Assembly (NCBI GenBank): GCA_030390025.1
Contig: JASTWF010000323.1
Location: 62,001 to 126,000, forward strand
Direction of reading: 5' to 3'
DNA from: Squalus acanthias
Taxonomy: Eukaryota
DNA length: 64,000 nucleotides
Shown here: positions 59,163 to 64,000 of the stretch, piece by piece
Numbering within the stretch: position 1 is the stretch's first letter
Layout: every line of letters starts with the position of its first letter
Made by a program: the position numbers and the translations under genes
Notes under the pieces: generated by a model
Told to the model about the DNA's origin: nothing
Database searches by the model: none
The model's input: the letters and a program-made list of their open reading frames with translations, nothing else

Positions 59163-60842
59163 AAAGCACCCTCTACCCTGTCCCATCAAACACTCCCAGG
59201 GCAGGTTCACATAGGTGCAGATACAGAGTAAAGTTCCCAAAGCATTGTCCGAACAAACATTTCCAGGGCACGTACAGCACGGTATCGATACAGAGTAAAG
59301 CTTCCCTCTGCATTGTTCCAAAAAACACTCCCAGGGCAGGTAAAGCACTTTTCAGATACAGAGTAAAGCTCCCTCGACACTGTCCAAACAAACACTTCTA
59401 GGGCAGGTACAGCACTTTTCAGATACAGAGTAAAGCTCCCTCGACACTGTCCAAACAAACACTTCCAGGGCAGGTACAGCACGGGTTTGATGCAGAGTAA
59501 AGCTCCCTCCAAACTGTCCCAATAAACACCCCCAGGGTAGGTACAGCACGGGTTAGATACAGAGTAATGCTCCCTCTACACTGTCCCATCAAACACCCCC
59601 AATGCAGATACAGTACGGGTTAGATACAGAATAAAGCTCCTTCTACACTAACCCATCAAACACTCCCAGGGAATGTACAGCACGGGTTAGATATAGAGTA
59701 AAGCTCCCTCTATTTGTCCCATCAAACACTCCCTGGGCCAATACAGCACGGGTTAGATACAGAGTAAAGTTCCCTCTCCACTGTCCCAACAAACATTCCC
59801 AAGGCAGGTGCAGTACGCGTTAGATACAGAGTAACGCTCCCTCGACACTGTCCCATCAAACACTCCCTGGGCCAATACAGCACGGGTTAGATACAGAGTA
59901 AAGTTCCCTCTCCACTGTTCCAACAAACATTCCCAAGGCAGGTGCAGCACGGGTTAAATACAGAGCAAAGCTTCACTCTTCGTTGTCCCAAAAACACTCA
60001 CAGGGCAGCTACAGAAGGGGTTTGATATAGTGTAAAGTCCCTTTAGACTGTCTGATCAAATACTCTCAGGGCAGGTACAGCAGGGGTTAGATAGAGAGTA
60101 AAACTCCCTCTACACTGTCCCATCAAACACTCCCAGGGCAGGTACAGCACGGGTAAGATACAGAGTAAAGCTGCCTCTACACTTTCCCATAAACACTCCC
60201 AGGGCAGGTACAGCACGGGTTAGATACAGAGTAAAGATCCGTCTTCACTGTCCCATTAAACACTCCCAGGACATGTACAGCACGGGTTAGATACAGAGTA
60301 AAGCTCCCTCTACAAAGACCCATATAGCTCTCCCAGGGCAGGTACAGCATGGGTTAGATACAGAGTAAACCTTCCTCTACAAAGACCCATAAAACACTCC
60401 CAGAGCAGGTACAGCATGGTTTAGATACAACGTAAAGCTTCCTGTACACTGTCGCTTCAAACAGTTCCAGCGCAAGTACAGCACGGTTTTGATACAGAGT
60501 AAAGCTCCCTCTACACTGTCCAATCAAACACTCCCATGGATTGTACAGCAAGGTTTACATATAGGGTAAATCTTCCTCTACACTGTCCCAACAAACACAA
60601 AATTGAGAGGTCGCACAACACCAGGTTATAGTCCAACAGTTTTATTTGAAATCACAAGCTTTCGGAGCTATCAAATAAAACTGTTGGACTATAACCTGGT
60701 GGTGTGCGACCTCTCAATTTTGTCCACCCCAGTCCAACACCGGCATCTCCGCATCATGACCAACAAACACACCCAGGGCAGGTACAGCAGGGGTTTAATA
60801 CAGAGTAAAGCTCCCTCTTGACTGATCCATCTAACACTTCAG
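59163..60842 (+). repeat. 67-bp satellite array
   Basis: Direct match to the consensus. Confidence 0.95.
60599..60759. mobile_element. Palindromic, probably Penelope-derived insertion with an 11-bp TSD
   Basis: 53-bp arms 60597-60649 and 60671-60723 with 1 mismatch; ccaacaaacac at 60588-60598 and 60760-60770. Confidence 0.75.
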
Positions 60843-60846
60843 CCTA

Positions 60847-62418
60847 CTTGAACCGCTGCAGTCTGTTTGGTGAAGGTACTCCCACAGTGCTGTTAGGGAA
60901 GGAGTTCCAGGATCTTGATCCAGCCACGATGAAGGATCGGCGATATACTTCTAAGTCAGGATGATGTGTGACTTGGAGGGGAACTTGTAGGTGGTGGTTT
61001 TCCCATGCACCTGCTGCCCTTGTCCTTCTGGGTGGAAGAGGTCGCGAGTTTGGGAGGTGCTGCCGAAGAAGCCTTGGCGAGTTGCTGCACAGCAACTTGT
61101 AGATGGTACATACTGCAGCCACGGTACACTGGTGTTGGAGGGAGTGAATGTTTATCTTGGTGGATGGTGTGCCAATTAAGTAGGCTACTTTGTCCTGGAT
61201 GGTGTCAAGCTTCTTGTGTGTTGTTGGAGCTTCACTCATCCAGGCAATTGCAGTGTATTCCATCACACTCCTTACTTGTGCCTTGTCGATGGTGGAAAGG
61301 CTTTGGGAAGTCAGGAGGTGAGACACTCAACGCAGAATACCTAGCCTCTGACCTGCTCTTGTTGCCACAGTATTTATGTGGCTGGTCCAATTAATTTTCT
61401 GGTCAATGGTGACCCCCAGGATGTTGATGTTGGGGTTTCTGCGATGGTAATACCGTTGAATGTCAAGGGGCGGTGGTTCGAATCTCGCTTGTTGGAGATA
61501 GTCATTGCCTGGCACTTATGTGGAGCGAATGTTACCTGCCACCAATCAGCCCAAGCCTGAACGTCGTCCAGGTCTTGTTGCATATTTGCATGGACTGCTA
61601 CATTATCTGAGGAGTTGTGAATGGTGCTGAACACTGTGCAGTCATCAGCAAACATTCCCATTTCTGACCATATGTTGGAGGGAAGGTCATTGATGAAGCA
61701 GCAGAAGATGTTTGGGCCTAGGTCACTGCCCTGAGGAACTCCTGCAGCGATGTCCTGGAGCTGTGATGTTTGACCTTCAACCACCACAACATCTTCCTTT
61801 GTGCTTAGAAATGACTCCAACCAGTGGATCGTTCCTCGCCCCCCCCCCCCCCTGCTTCCCATTAACTTCAGTTTTACTAGGGCTTCTTGATGTCACACTC
61901 GGTCAAATGCTGCCTTGATATCAAGGGCAGTCACTCTCACCTCACCTCCGGAATTCAGCTCCTTTGTTAATGTTTGGACGAAGGCTGTAATGAGGTCGGG
62001 AGCCGAGTGGTCTTAGCGGAACTCAAACTGCGCATCAGTGAGCAGGTTATTGGTGAGGAAGTGCCGCTCGACAGCACTGTGGATGACACCTTCCATCACT
62101 TTGCTGATGATTGAGAGAAGACTGCTGGGGCGGTAATTGGCCGGGTTGGATTTGTCCTGCTTTTTGTGGACAGGACATACCTGGGCATTTTTACACATTG
62201 TCGGATAGCTGCCAGTGTTGTAGCTGTACTGGAACAGCTTGGCTAGAGGTGCGGCTAGTTCTGGAGCACAAGACTTCAGCACGTTCTCCGGACTGTTGTC
62301 GAGGCCCAAATGCATTTGCTGTATCCAGTGCGCTCAGCCATTTCTTGATATCACCTGGAGTGACTCGAATTAGCTGAAGACTGGCTTATTTGATGGAGGG
62401 GACCTCAGGCGGAGGTTT
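60847..62418 (-). mobile_element. RT-region copy of the tRNA-headed LINE family
   Basis: NYRPSSLLSIISKVME, GVPQGSDLGP..MFADD, KAQVRSVMEY; homologous to ~52200-53750. Confidence 0.9.
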
Positions 62419-62429
62419 GTTTACTTCAT

Positions 62430-63550
62430 CAAAAGACATTTGTAATTTTGAACACCTCATCAAATCTCCACTTAATCTTCTCTACTGTAAGGAAAGCAGC
62501 CCAATCTTATTCAGTCTCTCCGTATAACTGAAGTCCCTCATCCCTGATATTACTCTAAGAATTATCTTCTGCACCCGCTCCAAGGCCTTGACATCCTTCC
62601 TAAATTGCGGTGCCCAGAATTGGACACAATACTCCAGCTGAGGCCTAACCAGTGGTTTATAACGGTCTAACGTAACTTCCTTGCTTTTGTACACTCGTCC
62701 TCTATTATTAAAGCCAAGGATCCCGTAAGTTTTTTTTGTAGCCTTCACAACTTGTCCTGCCCACTTCAAAGATTTGTGTCCATACACCCCATGTCTCTCT
62801 GTTCCTGCACCCCCTTTAAAATTGTACCATTTAGTTCTTATTGTCTCTCCTCATTGTTAATTCCAAAATTTATCAATTCACACTTCTCTGTGTTAAATTT
62901 CATCTGCTCTGTGCTTGACTATTTCAACAGTCAGTCTATCTCCTCCTGAAGTCTGTTACTATACTTCACATTGTTTACTACTTTTCCGAGTTTTGTGTCA
63001 TCTGCAAACTTTGAACTCATGCCCTGTGACCCTGGCCCAGGTCATTAATATATATCAAAAAGAGCGGTGATCCCAACACCGGCCAATGGGGAACACCGCT
63101 GCACACTTCCCTCCAGTTCAAGAACAATCGTTCACCACTTCTCTCTGTTTTCTGTTCCTTAGAAAATGTTGTGTCAATGCTGCCTCTGTCCATTTAATCC
63201 CATGGGCTTTAATTTTTCTAACAAGTCTATTATGAGGTACATTACCAAATGTCTTTTGAAAGTCCATATACACAACCTCAACCGCACTACCCTCATCACC
63301 CCTCGCCTTCAATTCATCGAAGAACGCGATCAATTTATTCAAACACGATGTGCCTATAATAAATCCATGCAGACTTTCATTTGTTAGACCATACTTTTCC
63401 ATGGGTAACTTAATTTTGTCCTGGAATAACGTCTCTAATAGTTTGCCCACCACCGATATTAGGCTGACTGGTCTGTAGTTGCCGGGTTTATCCCTCTCCA
63501 ACTTTTTATGGAGGTGCAAAATTTGCATTCCATCAGTCCTCTGACACAAC
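62430..63550 (-). mobile_element. CR1 RT fragment
   Basis: [32 protein letters not shown]. Confidence 0.9.
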
Positions 63551-64000
63551 TGTCACAGGCTCAGTACGAGGTCCCTTGCTTTTTGTGGTATAAATCGATG
63601 ATTTACACTTCAATGCAGGGGGCATGATTAAGAAGTTTGGAGCTGATTCAAAAATTGGCCGTGTGGTTGATAGTGAGGAAGAAAGCTGTGGACTGATCAG
63701 TTGGGCAGAAAAGTGGCAAATGAAGTTCAATCAGGAGAAGAGTGAGTTAATGCATTTGGGGAGAGCTAGCGAGGAAAGGGAATACACAATAAATTATCGG
63801 ATATTAAGAAGCGTAGAGTAACAGAGGGACCTTGGAGTGCATGTTCATAGATCCCTGAAAGTTGCAGGACAGGTGGGTAAGCTGGTAAAGAAGGCATACG
63901 GGACAGTTTACTTTGTTAGCTGTGGCATAGAATATAAGAGCACGGAAGTTATGCTTGAACTGTATAAAACACTATTTAGTCCACAGTTAGAATAGTGCCT
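63551..64000 (+). mobile_element. CR1 RT fragment running off the window
   Basis: MIKKFGADSKIG..WAEKWQMKFN. Confidence 0.88.

Overview
Vertebrate nuclear DNA, almost certainly from an elasmobranch (shark or ray), judged from an HE1-type V-SINE and dense CR1 LINEs. Most of the window is repeats: many decayed and nested CR1 LINEs (two full length, with an SGNH-esterase ORF1), L2 and Penelope-like fragments, SINEs, a MITE, and tandem arrays with 92-, 67-, 51- and 27-bp units. I can support one host gene: a two-exon, ~360-aa class A GPCR of the GPR139/GPR142-like group on the + strand (exon 1 CDS 12206-12386, exon 2 37304-38205, 24.9-kb phase-1 intron in TM1). Main observations: (1) a -1 slippery heptamer (U UUA AAC/U) at the ORF1 stop of three CR1 copies, with ORF2 continuing in the -1 frame without an ATG, suggesting programmed ribosomal frameshifting; (2) an ORF1-less LINE with a tRNA-derived Pol III head, plus a SINE that looks like its internal-deletion derivative; (3) a CRE plus a candidate intron in the 5' UTR of two different CR1 subfamilies; (4) duplicated in-frame splice sites around TM1 of the GPCR; (5) Penelope-like hairpins with decayed hammerhead cores. 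All calls are by eye. Repeat boundaries are approximate unless a junction is quoted, and no database searches were run.
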